This document shows, one piece after another, positions 1 to 12,636 of a stretch of 64,000 bases of DNA (positions are counted from its first letter, which is position 1; each line of letters opens with the position of its first letter). Under the pieces are notes generated by a model. It did not search any database. It was not told the origin of the DNA and saw nothing but the letters and a program-made list of their open reading frames with translations. Made by a program: the position numbers and the translations under genes. Location: positions 45,198,001 to 45,262,000 of the forward strand of contig OX597814.1 of NCBI GenBank assembly GCA_951406725.2. Direction: 5' to 3'. The stretch comes from Octopus vulgaris (taxonomy: Eukaryota).

Positions 1-100
1 CGAAATAAATCCCCTACAGATCCTTATTTATTGTTGTCCTATGTATTTCACCTTTTATTGTCGCCAACGTCTCGAGCGCCACACGCTAATAAAAGAAATT

Positions 101-156
<56 letters not shown>
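101..156. repeat. (TAG)n microsatellite
   Basis: Perfect trinucleotide run; it explains the poly-V ORF at 41..238. Confidence 0.95.
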
Positions 157-157
<1 letters not shown>

Positions 158-840
158 TGTCTTGCTTTTATTTCTATTGAGCGCATATCTGAGTACAGCA
201 TCCAATTTTTTTTGGTTTCAGGCATTCTATCTTACTGAGAGTATACTCCCCATAATATGTATATAATGCCAAGTAATATTTTCTGAATGCTCTCTCTTGG
301 TGCGTGAGACATACACCACTTTTTTATTATAGAGATAATTTCTGTTTTCAATCACTACATCGCTATCTCCGCATTTTTATATTTGGAGAGTCAGATATCC
401 TGGACATGAACAGCAGAAAGTATTACAGAGGTACTTTTAGACGTATGATTTTCCCTCGGACAGAAGCTGATTGGTAGAATTTCTCGCTCTCTAGGAATAT
501 CTCGCTCTCTTGGGTTAGTGGGCTGCTGAAATGAATCATGAACATACGCAGTGATTGTGTAGGGGTAGATAATAAAAAGGGGATGTAAAAGCATTGCAAA
601 TCTGCTCAAGCAGTTCCAGTAATTTGTTTATGTAAGTAAATAAATGAATAACTGAAATAACAGTACAATTCAGTCCTAATAAATGAAGGTATCTTAGGCC
701 ATTTACGGAAAGTTATTCAGACTCAAATTCTACAATATCACAGAAACAAACAAACAAACAAAGAATCTTGCTTATAGAAATGTAGAATGCTCTTCAAATC
801 GAATTTCCATTCATAAAACTATAGAGAAGAATAAAGTTAG

Positions 841-1400
841 TATGCTTCGCTGGATGTTCAATGTTAGTGTGCATGTACAAGAAAGTGCAAATGTATTGAG
901 AGAACAGTTAAGCGTAAGAGGAATTAGATTATTAGATTTAGCGTGCAAGAGAGAAGACTGCGCTGGTTTGGTCATGTGATGCGTATGGATGGGTACAGTT
1001 AAATCAAGAACTGCCGATCGCTTAAAGTGGATGGAACTGGTGGAAGAGGCAAACTCAGGAAGACAAAGGACGAGGAATTGAAGGCTGATCTCAAGATACT
1101 GAGCCTTACGAAGGAAGTGATAAAGGAATAAGATGACTGGTGTTTTGCAATGCTCAAGAAGACCCGTCCATTACAGTAAAAATGATATCCTAAAACCACT
1201 CGGTTATGCTTGTACATACATGTGAGACCCTTCCCCTCCCATTTTCATCCCTCCCCAATCTGTGGTACAACACGGCTTCTGTATTCACCTGAGATTAGAA
1301 TCTGCACATATTATATCCGATCCCCTTCCTAATGTGGGAGACCATTAAGGAGTAGATGAGATGTAATATATGCCTTCAGCTACTGCTCACTCTCCCTTCT
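841..1400 (+). mobile_element. RTE-clade LINE 3' fragment (C-terminus plus 3' UTR), decayed
   Basis: Translates across frameshifts to MLRWMFNVS...VQERRLRWFGHVMRMD...GRGKLRKT, the typical RTE C-terminal motifs. The right boundary is approximate. Confidence 0.75.
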
Positions 1401-1671
1401 GCGATACTTTACTTGTTCATAATCTGAGTTCGTCACCTGTACGATATATAAAATTATGGAAAACAATAACTAAATTGCGTGTGTCAACGGAATCGGAAAT
1501 TTGAAAGCAGTTAAAAATTCTACTTTGATTGAAGTAATAGTCAGAGTTGGTCACAGATGAGGGAAATGATGAAAATAGGAGGAGGGGCAGGGTCTCGCAT
1601 ATATGTACAAGCATAACCGAGTGGTTTTAGGATATCATTTTTGCTCATTGAAGTAACAGTGTAATAAAGTC

Positions 1672-2040
1672 GGAGCGGGAACGCAACGAAGCGCGGAAAC
1701 GCAATCGCGAACGCACGGACATGACCCAGGAACGATGCTTCGAGGCGCCACGCGCGCCTCGACGACGGCGCCCGGAAGCACCGGCACCGGCGACGCTAGC
1801 GAAGACGTGTCACGTTCTCACTTTCGCTGTGCTGTCGGAGTTCGCGAAATGAAAGGCTCCAACGACTCGCAGTCGACTGGGACTCCTCGGTCCGTGTTTC
1901 AAGACGGGTCGGGTAAGTTGCCGATACACGTCACTGACCGGCGGCGGCGGGTGGCAGCGGGCGGCTTTTCGGGCGGCCCTGCGACCGCCGCGCGGCGACT
2001 TTTCGCGAGGAAGGCAACGCGGCGGCGAGCGAGCGGCCGC
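1672..2040 (-). rRNA. 28S (LSU) rRNA fragment / pseudogene, D2-D3 region
   Basis: GACTCCTCGGTCCGTGTTTCAAGACGGGTC at 1881-1910 is the reverse complement of the conserved LSU segment GACCCGTCTTGAAACACGGACC(A)AGGAGTC (LR3 primer site). It is flanked by GC-rich expansion-like sequence. Boundaries are taken from the GC shift. Confidence 0.8.
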
Positions 2041-2504
2041 GTATCCCCTTATGTATCCCTATATCTCCCTCTCCACTGCTCCTACGACTTCTTGAACCAT
2101 TCCTATATCTCCCGCCTTAGTCCTCGCTCCCACACCTGCACGCCTCTCACAATATTAACCTCTGCCTCAACCTGTTTACCTCCCCCTTACACTTCTATGA
2201 AAACATTCACACACTCTTTCACCCCCTCTCATGACCCACGACCCGTATCCTCTCTTATGCTCACCTTCTTAGTCCTTGAGAATATACGCGAGCACCCCAT
2301 CACTACCTTCTTGTTATCTTCTTTAGTCATGTATCTCCTTTATAACAAGACACCTGTGCTTCTCATTTTATCATACTTTAGACTTTCAACACCTGACATA
2401 AAGCCACCAGCCTCCACCTTCTCCTTCTAAATACGTCCTCTTAGTAGTGACAGCTTCTTACCTTTCCTTTTCCTCTGTGCTTTTCAGTGTTGGAATCTTC
2501 ATGA

Positions 2505-2672
2505 CTACCTCACTGATGCCGATGGCTCGTATAAAGCACCTAGCATCCAGCCGTAGAAACAATGCCAAATACGACATTGGAGTCTGACGCAGCCTTGCAG
2601 CTTCCCAGTTCCCAGTCATACCGTCAAACCTACGCCAGCACGGAAAGCTAACATTAAAGGATGATAATGATG
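2505..2672 (+). mobile_element. SINE / RTE-related 3' tail fragment
   Basis: GCATCCAGCCGTAGAAAC...CCAGCACGGAAAG..CATTAAAGGATGATAATGATGA ends in a (TGA)n-like tail. Recognised from memory as a cephalopod interspersed repeat end. Confidence 0.5.
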
Positions 2673-2675
2673 AGG

Positions 2676-2713
<38 letters not shown>

Positions 2714-3936
2714 GGAAGAGCAGGGGGAGGAGAGAAGCATAAAAATTATATGTCTATTGCAACATCATTATTTTTTACCTGCCTGACGTTTATTACACCA
2801 TTACTTCAATCAAAGTAGAATTTTTAACTGCTTTCAAATCTCCGATTCTGTTGACACACGCAATTTAGTTATCGTTTTCCATAATTTTATATATCGTACA
2901 GGTGACGAACTCCGATTATGAACAAGTAAAGCTTTTTGATTTTAAACTCGATCTTTCAACTGTCAATGATTCGTACCATTTGTTCTTATCAAGAAATTAA
3001 TCTTTATTCTTTGTCATTGTAGACAACTGAATTTGTAATGATTTCATTTCCAATTTCTTGTAAGTATTTTACTTTTGACCAGTTTACTTTTCTGTATTCG
3101 TAAATGTTGAGCATTTCTTGATGGTATTTTTTAAAACTTATGGACGTTAGTGTATGTGCGTTATTGTATTTAATCTTTTTCCTGAGTCTTCTTGTGTATC
3201 TATAGTGTGTTCTTGATAGGATTTGCTTCCTATCATTATGTTTGTTGATTCTTTTGTATATAATAATGTTTTAACATTACCTTGTAGATTTATGGGCAAT
3301 AATGTGACTTGCTTTCTTTCCACCCAACTGTAACTTTGTCGACCCAGTTGTAGCTGTTTTGTAAAATGATTACATTTATGTAAGACCTCTGCCTCCTTTT
3401 TATGTGTATATTTGGTAAATATCTGCCTCTGTGTGCTAAGAATATTTACTTTTTTGTTTTAGCATCCACTCTGAGCATCTCATTCAGCACCTACTTTAGT
3501 ATATTATAGTGGTTTTGATATCACAAAAACAGACGTTTATGGTGTCCATCTTGTTTTGGCATAGAGCTCATTGTTCATGATCCGTTTCTAGCTTTTTGTC
3601 TTACAGCATTATTTTTATGAGATAACGTTGTTATTGTTGTGGTAGTCGTCATTTTTTGTTGTTGCCTTTATTGCTGTTGTCATTCTCGTCGTCATTTTGC
3701 TGTAGTTTCTATTATTACTGCTATTGTTGGTTTGTTGTTGTTCTTGTTGCTACTGACATTATTATTATTATTATTATTATTGGTTTGTATATTGTTGTGA
3801 GGGTGGTGGTGGCTATCGTTGTTATTGTTGTATAGAGTGATTAGTTAAACCGAAAGTTGTACACGGTTTCGATTCAAAGCTAAGAACAGTACACGACCAT
3901 TATCCTATCAATATCTCTAGGAAAATCTTTAACGTC

Positions 3937-3985
3937 AGAAACTTATAGATGCTAATTAGCCTCTAATTAGCATCTATAAGTTTCT
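3937..3985. repeat. Perfect 23-bp-stem hairpin
   Basis: AGAAACTTATAGATGCTAATTAG-cct-CTAATTAGCATCTATAAGTTTCT. Confidence 0.95.
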
Positions 3986-4017
3986 AGGCATTCTAGGCAG
4001 CGTAGAATGGAATATGC

Positions 4018-4425
4018 GTGTGTGCAATCATATTTAACATATTCGTGTACATTCGAACATGGAAAGACATGCGCTGCCGAAATTGTTTCTCGAAAAAATG
4101 TCTTGCTAGATAATGTGTGAAAGGCACATCATTGGCCTATGAACAACATCGAACTGCAAGACGCATGTGTTTCTGAGTCGTTACACATCGTCAGTGACGA
4201 ATTGTGAATCGTTGTTCAAAGCCACTAAGAACTTTTGAAATTAATTAATTGAAGTCGAACTAAGCAGTGTCAAATGAAATATGTGCGTGTACAATCATAT
4301 TTTACACATTCACATATTCTTTGACCTGGAAAGACATACGCTGCCGAAATTTCCTCGAGAAAAAGTTCTCCTTATAAACAGCATACCCGAGTGTACACGA
4401 ATATGTTAAATATGATTGTACACAC
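4018..4425. mobile_element. MITE-like element with 34-bp inverted repeats and an internal direct repeat
   Basis: 4018-4051 and 4392-4425 are reverse complements at 33/34 positions. ~4010-4100 is repeated directly at ~4275-4365. Confidence 0.5.
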
Positions 4426-4848
4426 ATAATTTTTATAAATGTTAGTCATAGACATTCTTATAATTATATCATTATACCATTGATATTATTGAGAAAGATC
4501 AGGGGGTGATAGAACTGGTAGAGCATTAGGAAGATGCTGTAGTCAAATTCTATTGAGGTACATTTTGTGTTTCATTTGATCAGAGTTATTGAAATAAGTA
4601 CCAGCCACATACATATTTCTGTTATCTTTATGACTTTGGATAATAATAACGAGATGGTTTTCCATTATCTCACTGTCTATATGAATTGGCTTATTTCAGG
4701 GTATGTTCACTTTGCAATTCTCTGCGATATCTTTGTTATGTATATATACACCATTTCATTTCTATTGACATTTTCATTATGTTGTTATAATTTCGTGTAT
4801 ATGAAAGCCTCGTCTCCGTTATGTCTGTACATTTAATTATGTGTGTGC

Positions 4849-5010
<162 letters not shown>

Positions 5011-5209
5011 AATATGTGACAATTAGTTGGTTGTCATAAAAAAATTCAGGTCTGCTCCGGCATCTCATTAGTTATTAAGACAAAATGATATGAAAAAAAA
5101 CGTTGAATAAAGGGAAATTACTCCAATAGACATGGAGAAATTAATACTTCATTCATAGAAACCGCATATGCAGACATATACACACACATACATACGTGTA
5201 CGCATATGA

Positions 5210-5903
5210 TTCTTTCTAGCGCGTAGAATCCCTATGTGGATTCTCTATGTGTTTAAATATACACTACATAGTATGACTAATATATAGTCTTTTTGGCTAA
5301 CATTTTTTTTACGCGTTAGACCACTGGAAATGTAAATTTTAATTGAATGTTTTTAATTTTAATTAAATTCCATTTCCCTTTGATATAATTGAATACAGTA
5401 AATTTTTGGATAATTTTCGGTTAAAAGTTGGCGGTTTTTTATTGTAGTCAACGAATGGACGGCGTCTGCGCAGTAAATTTGAAAAGTTAGTTCGTATGTA
5501 CACGAGACAGGTAGCCTTTTTTGTCTTGTGTAGTTATGTTTAACACTAGGTTGGGCCTGCTGAGGAAGATCAAACCTTGTTAGTTCTCTATGACTTGCTA
5601 AAAGAAGATTAAAAACCAATTGGTCGAGGAATCTAGATGGTAAATGTTTTTAATTTCCAAATTTATTCCTGTCGAATTTTATCTCCAATTTTTTTGTGGT
5701 TATAGAACTTAGCTGTTCTTTCTAGCGGGTAGAATCCCTATAAGTGGATTCTCTATGTGTTTAAATATACACTATATCGTATGACTAATATATAGTCGTT
5801 TTGATTAAAATTCTTTTACGCGTTAGACCACTGGAAATGTAAATTTTAATTGAATGTTTTTAATTTTAATTAAATTCCATTTCCCTTTGATATGATTGAA
5901 TAC
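5210..5903. repeat. Partial tandem repeat, ~506-bp period (5210-5397 repeated at 5716-5903)
   Basis: A ~188-bp block, TTCTTTCTAGCG...TTGAATAC, occurs twice at high identity. Confidence 0.85.
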
Positions 5904-5938
<35 letters not shown>

Positions 5939-5956
5939 ACATGTATGTATGTATAA

Positions 5957-6236
<280 letters not shown>

Positions 6237-6638
6237 CATATATATATATTCGTATTCTGCCTTATTATACTCTCTGGGTATTTTCGGGTTGGAGAGACTT
6301 CGGCATAATGCCGTATTCAAAAGCTCTATGGTTTCAGCTTTGAATCCTGCGCGAAGACTTGATTTTGGTGGGAGGGAGGAAAACTGTTTCTCTGTTTTCC
6401 TTTTCTTTATTAGTTTTCTTATATTCTTAGCAAGCTATCATGTCAACCTCAGATTCTTCTTTGTCCCCGTAGAGCCAACGATTACACCTTCTTGATCTTC
6501 GCAGCCATATGCGCCTATGCAGCTTCACTTCCGTTCTGGACCTGTCTATTTTTTCAAGATATGCGTTTATCATTTGTGACATTATGTCCAGTTATAAGGT
6601 TTCTTATGCTTTAGCTAAGTTTTATAGGATCTGTGGCT

Positions 6639-6676
<38 letters not shown>

Positions 6677-8151
6677 TTCTTTCTTTCTTTCTCTTTCTAT
6701 TTAGTTTGTCGATTAAGTTTTCCTCAGCTGGCTCTTTTAAATGGATGGTTATATATTTTTCCTAATTACAACTTTTATTATTCCTTAAAATTTTCGAATT
6801 TGCATCGTATGAGCTACTTGCATCTTTTCTTTCTTCGGGTGTTTCACCTGCTTCACAAGAATTTAAAATATTTTTGCTTTTACCGGTACCTGTACTTCCC
6901 GTTGCCTTCCTCCTCTTGCTGCTAGGAAATCATTATTCTTCGCATTATCCTTCGCATATTCAAATCTGTTGAGAGGGAATTAAGGGAAACTTGTCAGCTA
7001 CTTCTTTTTTATTATGGTTATTGAAATGATTGTTACATATGTTATTAAAAAGAGTATTATTATTATTTCCACTAATAACATTATTAATGATATTTCTATT
7101 ATTATTGTTGTTGTTATACAAAACCTTATAAATATAAACAAAATATTTAAATTTTATTTTATTTTTCTCCAATTAGAAATCTACATTATATAGAATTGCT
7201 GAAATGTAAAAATATCTTTTTGTCATTCACATTTTTTCTACATTTTCCAACATTAGGCAAGGAAAATGAAGACGAAGTTTGTCTCAGTTTTCTCTTTCAG
7301 ACTATAGCAGAAAGGTGAACTGTCTCTTAACTATAGAAAACGTTTCATAATCTCGCTAAAGAGGATGTATCCTAGAAATACGTGTCAAAATGATGTATAG
7401 TATATTTATTTTTGTCCAATTAGAACTTTACATTATGACAAAAATATGTGAAAATTATCAAGAGTAGAAAAAGTAAAATTCATGAATATACGATTTCGAG
7501 AATTTGTATTTTATTACACGTTTCTTACATAGATATTTTATATTCATAACATCATGTTGCTGATAAGTTTTGCTGGTTGTGATGCATCTGCTTTTCAAAG
7601 AGGAAAATAAAACATTAGCATTTTTACTCTTACCTTCCGTCCATTTTCTTCTTATTTCTCTCTTTCTTTTCTGGAAAATATCTTGAAGTAATCGTGTAGC
7701 AAACTCAACATCTCTATCATCATAGGAAAGTAGAATTTAGCTAGCTGTCGACAAATAGTCGTCTTACATTCTAAACCATTTGACCTTTCTTAGCTTCAGA
7801 TTGAAATTTAAATCACTCTGTATATGAAGAAGATTTAAAGCCAAGGGCTATTAATAATACCTACGTTAACTCAATGGACCAATACTGGAAGTTGGAAACA
7901 CCATTTTTTGCTTTATATTTATTTTGATTTCGATTTTTTATTCAATATTTCTATCAGAATAAACATAGTTGCTCGGTTTTAATGTGTCAGTGATGCGATC
8001 GACTGCTCTTGCAAAGTAGTAGAAGCCATATTCATTTTCGAATTTTAAATGATATTCAAATTTTTTAAAAAGTAGAAGGTCGATAAAATTGTGGCCAATT
8101 GTTTTTTTCTGGAGAATTTTTAAATCTTCAATTGGTATGAATACGTATATA

Positions 8152-8227
<76 letters not shown>

Positions 8228-8698
8228 CGTCTTTGTATATGTATGTGTGTGTGAGTCATTACGAAGTTGCTCGAATGCAAATTTTGCTATAAATAATAGA
8301 TCAAAATATATGGCAAGAAATCCCCTAATACGGAAAAGGTAGACTTACCTATTTTCGAGATTTTTTTGTTTGATTTTTTGGATTGTATTTTGAAGTATTG
8401 AGATATATGAAAAGAAGGAATTTTATGTGATATTAAATATTCCAATTTCACGGTTCAAGTTGGAAAATCACAACAAACATGTAGTTCAATTTCTGTGGGT
8501 AATTTCCGCCAATTTTGTCAATGGATTTTTACTTCATATATTATGGATTATGATTTATAGCTCTGACAGCAAAATGGGGGTTTGTTTATAAACAATGGCA
8601 CTTCTTTTGGTTTTTCGGCGAAGGGCTTATACGTTTTTGTATGTATGCTTCCTTTATGTATATTTTTGTATGTATTACATACAGAAAGCTTGTATGTA

Positions 8699-9983
8699 TT
8701 GGGTTGGCAACTAAGTTCCCGCTGATTCTTTTTAAATTTGGAATTTATTGCGTTTTTAAATTTTGGAATCTATTTTTTTAGAGAATTCTATTTTTGAATC
8801 ATTTTGGAATCTTTTTTTTTTTTCTAGTTAATTTTAGTTAATTTTTGTCTATTTTCAGGGCATTAAAATGGAATGTCAAGTTAAGAAAAACGAGCATTTT
8901 CGACACCTCCTTCTTTTTGCTTTTAATCAAGGTTCCAAGGGCGCAAAAGCTGCTCGCGACATTTGTGCTGTGTATGGAGAGGGTGCCATGGCTGAAAGAA
9001 CTGCTCGTGATTGGTATGCCAAGTTCAAAAATGGAGATTTTGACCTCAAAGACACACCTCGTACTGGCCGTCCAGTTGAGTTCGATGAAGAGCGATTAAA
9101 CCAACTTTTGCACGAAAATTCCTGTCAAACTACAAGAGAACTGGCATAGAAAATGCAATGCTCCCACACTGCTATAGAGAAGCATCTTTACTCGATGGGT
9201 AAGGTTCAGAAGTATGAAGCATGGCTTCCGCATGCTTTCAGTGACAACAACAAAAATCAACGAGCCACAATCTCCGCTGGTTTGCTTGCTTGTCACCGCT
9301 CAACTCATGGACACAAGCAACGATTTCTTTACCGAATCGTTACTGGCGACGAAAAATGGTGCCTGTACATCAATATGAAACAGCGTAAGGAATGGCTTAG
9401 CACCGGTAAACAAGCGGCACCGCGCGTGAAACAAGATCTTCATCCGCGTAAAATGATGTTGTGCGTGTGGTGGGACTGAGAAGGGATTATCCATTACGAA
9501 TTGCTTGGACGAAACCGAACGGTCAATGCGGAACCCTATGTTCAACAGATGGAACGACGACTCAACACGGCTATTCAAGAGAAAAGACATAATCGTCAGC
9601 ATGGAATACTTCTGCTGCACGTCAACGCCCGCCCTCATATCGCCAATATGACCAAGAAAGCCATTCAAACGCATGGCTGGAAAGTGCTGCCACACCCGCC
9701 ATACTCTCCTGATTTTGGCACTAACTGATTTCCACCTCTTTCGATCGCTTTCAAATGCTATGCGCGGAGTTTCGTTCAATACTGATGCAGAATTGAAAGC
9801 TTGGTTGGATCAATTTTTCGAGTCAAAATTGGTGATTTCTACCGAGGAGGTATTGAAAATCTTGTTGAACGTTGGGAAGTTGTAAACAAGGGTGAATACG
9901 TTATTGATTAATTATTTATTTTTTATTAAATCTTTTAAAAAATTTAAATTTAAAAAACGGCAGGAAATTAGTTGCCTACCCAT
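8699..9983 (+). mobile_element. Full-length (1285 bp) mariner transposon, mellifera-subfamily-like, inactive
   Basis: TA TSDs at 8697-8698 and 9984-9985. Imperfect TIRs TTGGGTTGGCAACTAAG / TTAGTTGCCTACCCAT. A transposase lies inside. Confidence 0.93.
8868..9910 (+). pseudogene. Mariner DD34D transposase pseudogene
   Basis: HTH region ending GRP, WLPH (WVPHEL), TGDEKW, HVNARPH (catalytic D to V) and HPPYSPD..TDFHLF. Stops at 9147-9149 and 9477-9479; frameshift near 9720. Confidence 0.93.
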
Positions 9984-10563
9984 TATGCATTGCATACACG
10001 CAGGTTAACTCTTCCTGTTCATCTATTAAAGAGTTATCTAGGTATACATACACACATACCCTGTTGTTGAAATTCCAATGAAAGAACCTTGGACCAAGGT
10101 TAGAAACCGGCTCTTTCTCTATTGGCAAGAAATCTTGGAATAAAACTGAATAATAACATACATATGCATAAACATATTCATATAGATATAAGAGTGGATG
10201 AACAAACAAAAGAAAATAACATTCAGTATGCAATAATAGAACTATTGTCGTTGAAATATAGAATCCTACTGAATTTCGACTGACATCAACGACCTGTCCG
10301 CCCTACCACGTGATGCATGCAATAAAAGAAATGATGCTGAAACGATATTTAAACATTCACTTGACCAATGGAAATCTAAATACTTACACCTAGAAGCCAT
10401 TTTAAATTTCGTTTCAATTTTTTTTTTTCCACTCTGACTTCAAACATCTGTTTGTTTGAACGTATTCTGTGCCTTCGAAACTTTAAAGGATTTGGATCTG
10501 CGTCATTGTGTTATGAAATATGTTATGAAATGTGTTATGAAAGGGATGTCTCTATGTACGCAT

Positions 10564-10628
10564 GTAGGTAGGTAGGTAGGTAGGTAGGTAGGTAGGTAGG
10601 TAGGTAGGTAGGTAGGTAGGTAGGTAGG

Positions 10629-10704
<76 letters not shown>

Positions 10705-10710
10705 CAGACT

Positions 10711-10742
<32 letters not shown>

Positions 10743-10992
10743 AACTGACTGACTGACTGATTGACTGATTGACTGACTGACTGTTTGACTGACGGACGGA
10801 CTGGTTGGTTGATTGATTGATTGAGTGAATGAGTGAGTGGGTGAGTGAGTGAGTGAGTGAGTGAGTTAGTTAGTTAGTGAGTGAGTGAGTGAGTTAGTGA
10901 GTGAGTTAGTGAGTGAGTGAGTTAGTGAGTGAATGAGTGAGTGAGTGAGTGAGTGAGTGAGTGAGTGAGTGAGTGAGTGAGTGAGTGAGTGA
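10564..10992. repeat. Compound tetranucleotide array (TAGG)n-(TAGA)n-(GACT)n-(GATT)n-(GAGT)n
   Basis: Direct inspection. Confidence 0.95.
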
Positions 10993-11592
10993 GCTGTAAA
11001 AAACATAACATACTCTAGGGCCGAAAGTTTCGTGTGTTGCACTAATCAAATTTATAGATGATAAATTATCTGCATACATTCAAGAAAAGAAAATTCTCTA
11101 GATATTCCTATCAAAATGTCAAAAGACAGTTACGTGTTGAAGCAGGGCACTTTTTTTTCAAAATCTGCCTGTTAAGAAAGGAGAAAGACGAAGTAAAGAA
11201 TAACAGCATAAACATATAGAGAGAGAATACATCCTTCGCAACTACAGACAGATATAAATATAGATTCAGATACACGCATTGCGTACGTGTAAGTGTATTC
11301 AAATTTGTATTCGTATTGATGTATTTGTAATATATGCATTAGTATATATATTTACATGTACGTTTGTTGCATGTTTTTCTTTCGTGTATTTTATTATATT
11401 TATTCCTTCTCTTTGCTTAACTGTTTCGAAAAAAATGCTTTAACACGTGACTGCTGATATCTTGATCGAAATATCTAGAAAGAAGCATATTATTTTTCAA
11501 AGTAAACAGAAAATTTGCCCTTTATAGATATGTTTCACAAATACAACACACGAAACTCTGGAACATTGAATCCCTTACGTAGTTTTACAGCT
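10992..11592. repeat. Diverged ~600-bp foldback (long inverted arms)
   Basis: Ordered reverse-complement blocks: AGCTGTAAAA, AGTTTCGTGTGTTG, TCTAGATATT, ACGTGTT.AAGC, GTTAAG.AA.GAGAA. Confidence 0.75.
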
Positions 11593-11667
11593 AAACAATA
11601 AAAAAAATTATATAATTTCTACGTTTGAATGTCAAATTCCCTGCTTCCTATCTGAACCACACGACAA

Positions 11668-11701
<34 letters not shown>

Positions 11702-11705
<4 letters not shown>

Positions 11706-11947
11706 AGAAAAAAATTCGTCAACATTTTGGAAAAAGATCTTTTTATTTCTTCATTATTATTAGCGCTTTCATTCGTTTTTCGAACTTGTCAAATAAAATT
11801 TTGTGAATGTACAAACAGCTTGTTCATTTATATAAAACAGATGTTGCGGGTTTTGTTTAGAAGAAGAGAACATTGTTTTTGTTTTTAGGGGGCGGTTCCA
11901 TCACAATGGAGATAGATAAATAGAAATATAGGTAGGTAGATAGTCTC

Positions 11948-12044
<97 letters not shown>

Positions 12045-12397
12045 CAAATAGATATAGAGACGGAGAGAGTGAAGGTAAATCCCCCTTTCTATTCACCATT
12101 CATTTATTTATTTAGTCATTTACCATTGTATTGGAATGGGTTTAAGGATGGTGACCTCTTCAAAAAAGAAAGTGTGGTGTGGTCATCGGTGTAAGTCCTT
12201 TAGCTTTCTTTCTCTCTTTCCCTCTTTTTCCCCTTTTTTTCTTCTTTTCTTTTTTCCACTCTCTCTTTCTCCTCTTTGAGTTATAATTTAGAATACAAAA
12301 TGTACTGTCTCTCCATTTCTATCAAGCATTCAATTTCGGAGAGGACTTTTTGATGAAATGTAGTTCTGCATAAAATTAAAAATTTAAAGAAAAAAAC

Positions 12398-12400
<3 letters not shown>
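11702..12400 (-). repeat. Penelope pLTR-like unit, left copy (inverted relative to 19280-19870)
   Basis: Collinear reverse-complement similarity to 19280-19870. 12280-12370 also matches the 3' end of the Neptune ORF at ~14940-15030. Confidence 0.75.
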
Positions 12401-12468
<68 letters not shown>

Positions 12469-12597
12469 AAAACCCCACTAGAATGGGAGAAAGCGATAAT
12501 GATCTGAATGATATGATATATATGTAAAAAATGTAATATATAAATAAATATCTGTATATATGAACCATCCGATCTTCTGATTACCACATTTCTTCTA

Positions 12598-12631
<34 letters not shown>

Positions 12632-12636
<5 letters not shown>

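Larger units (their letters stand above)
1407..2931. repeat. ~132-bp inverted repeat pair (1407-1538 / 2800-2931)
   Basis: The arms are reverse complements with only a few mismatches. Confidence 0.9.

Noticed and set aside
1735-2430. 231-aa ORF
   Set aside because: It is the antisense of the GC-rich 28S fragment joined to pyrimidine-rich repeat DNA; no protein features.
7280-7320. 14-nt micro-exon candidate (polypyrimidine-CAG...GTGAAC)
   Set aside because: Weak donor, length not a multiple of three, and no partner exons.
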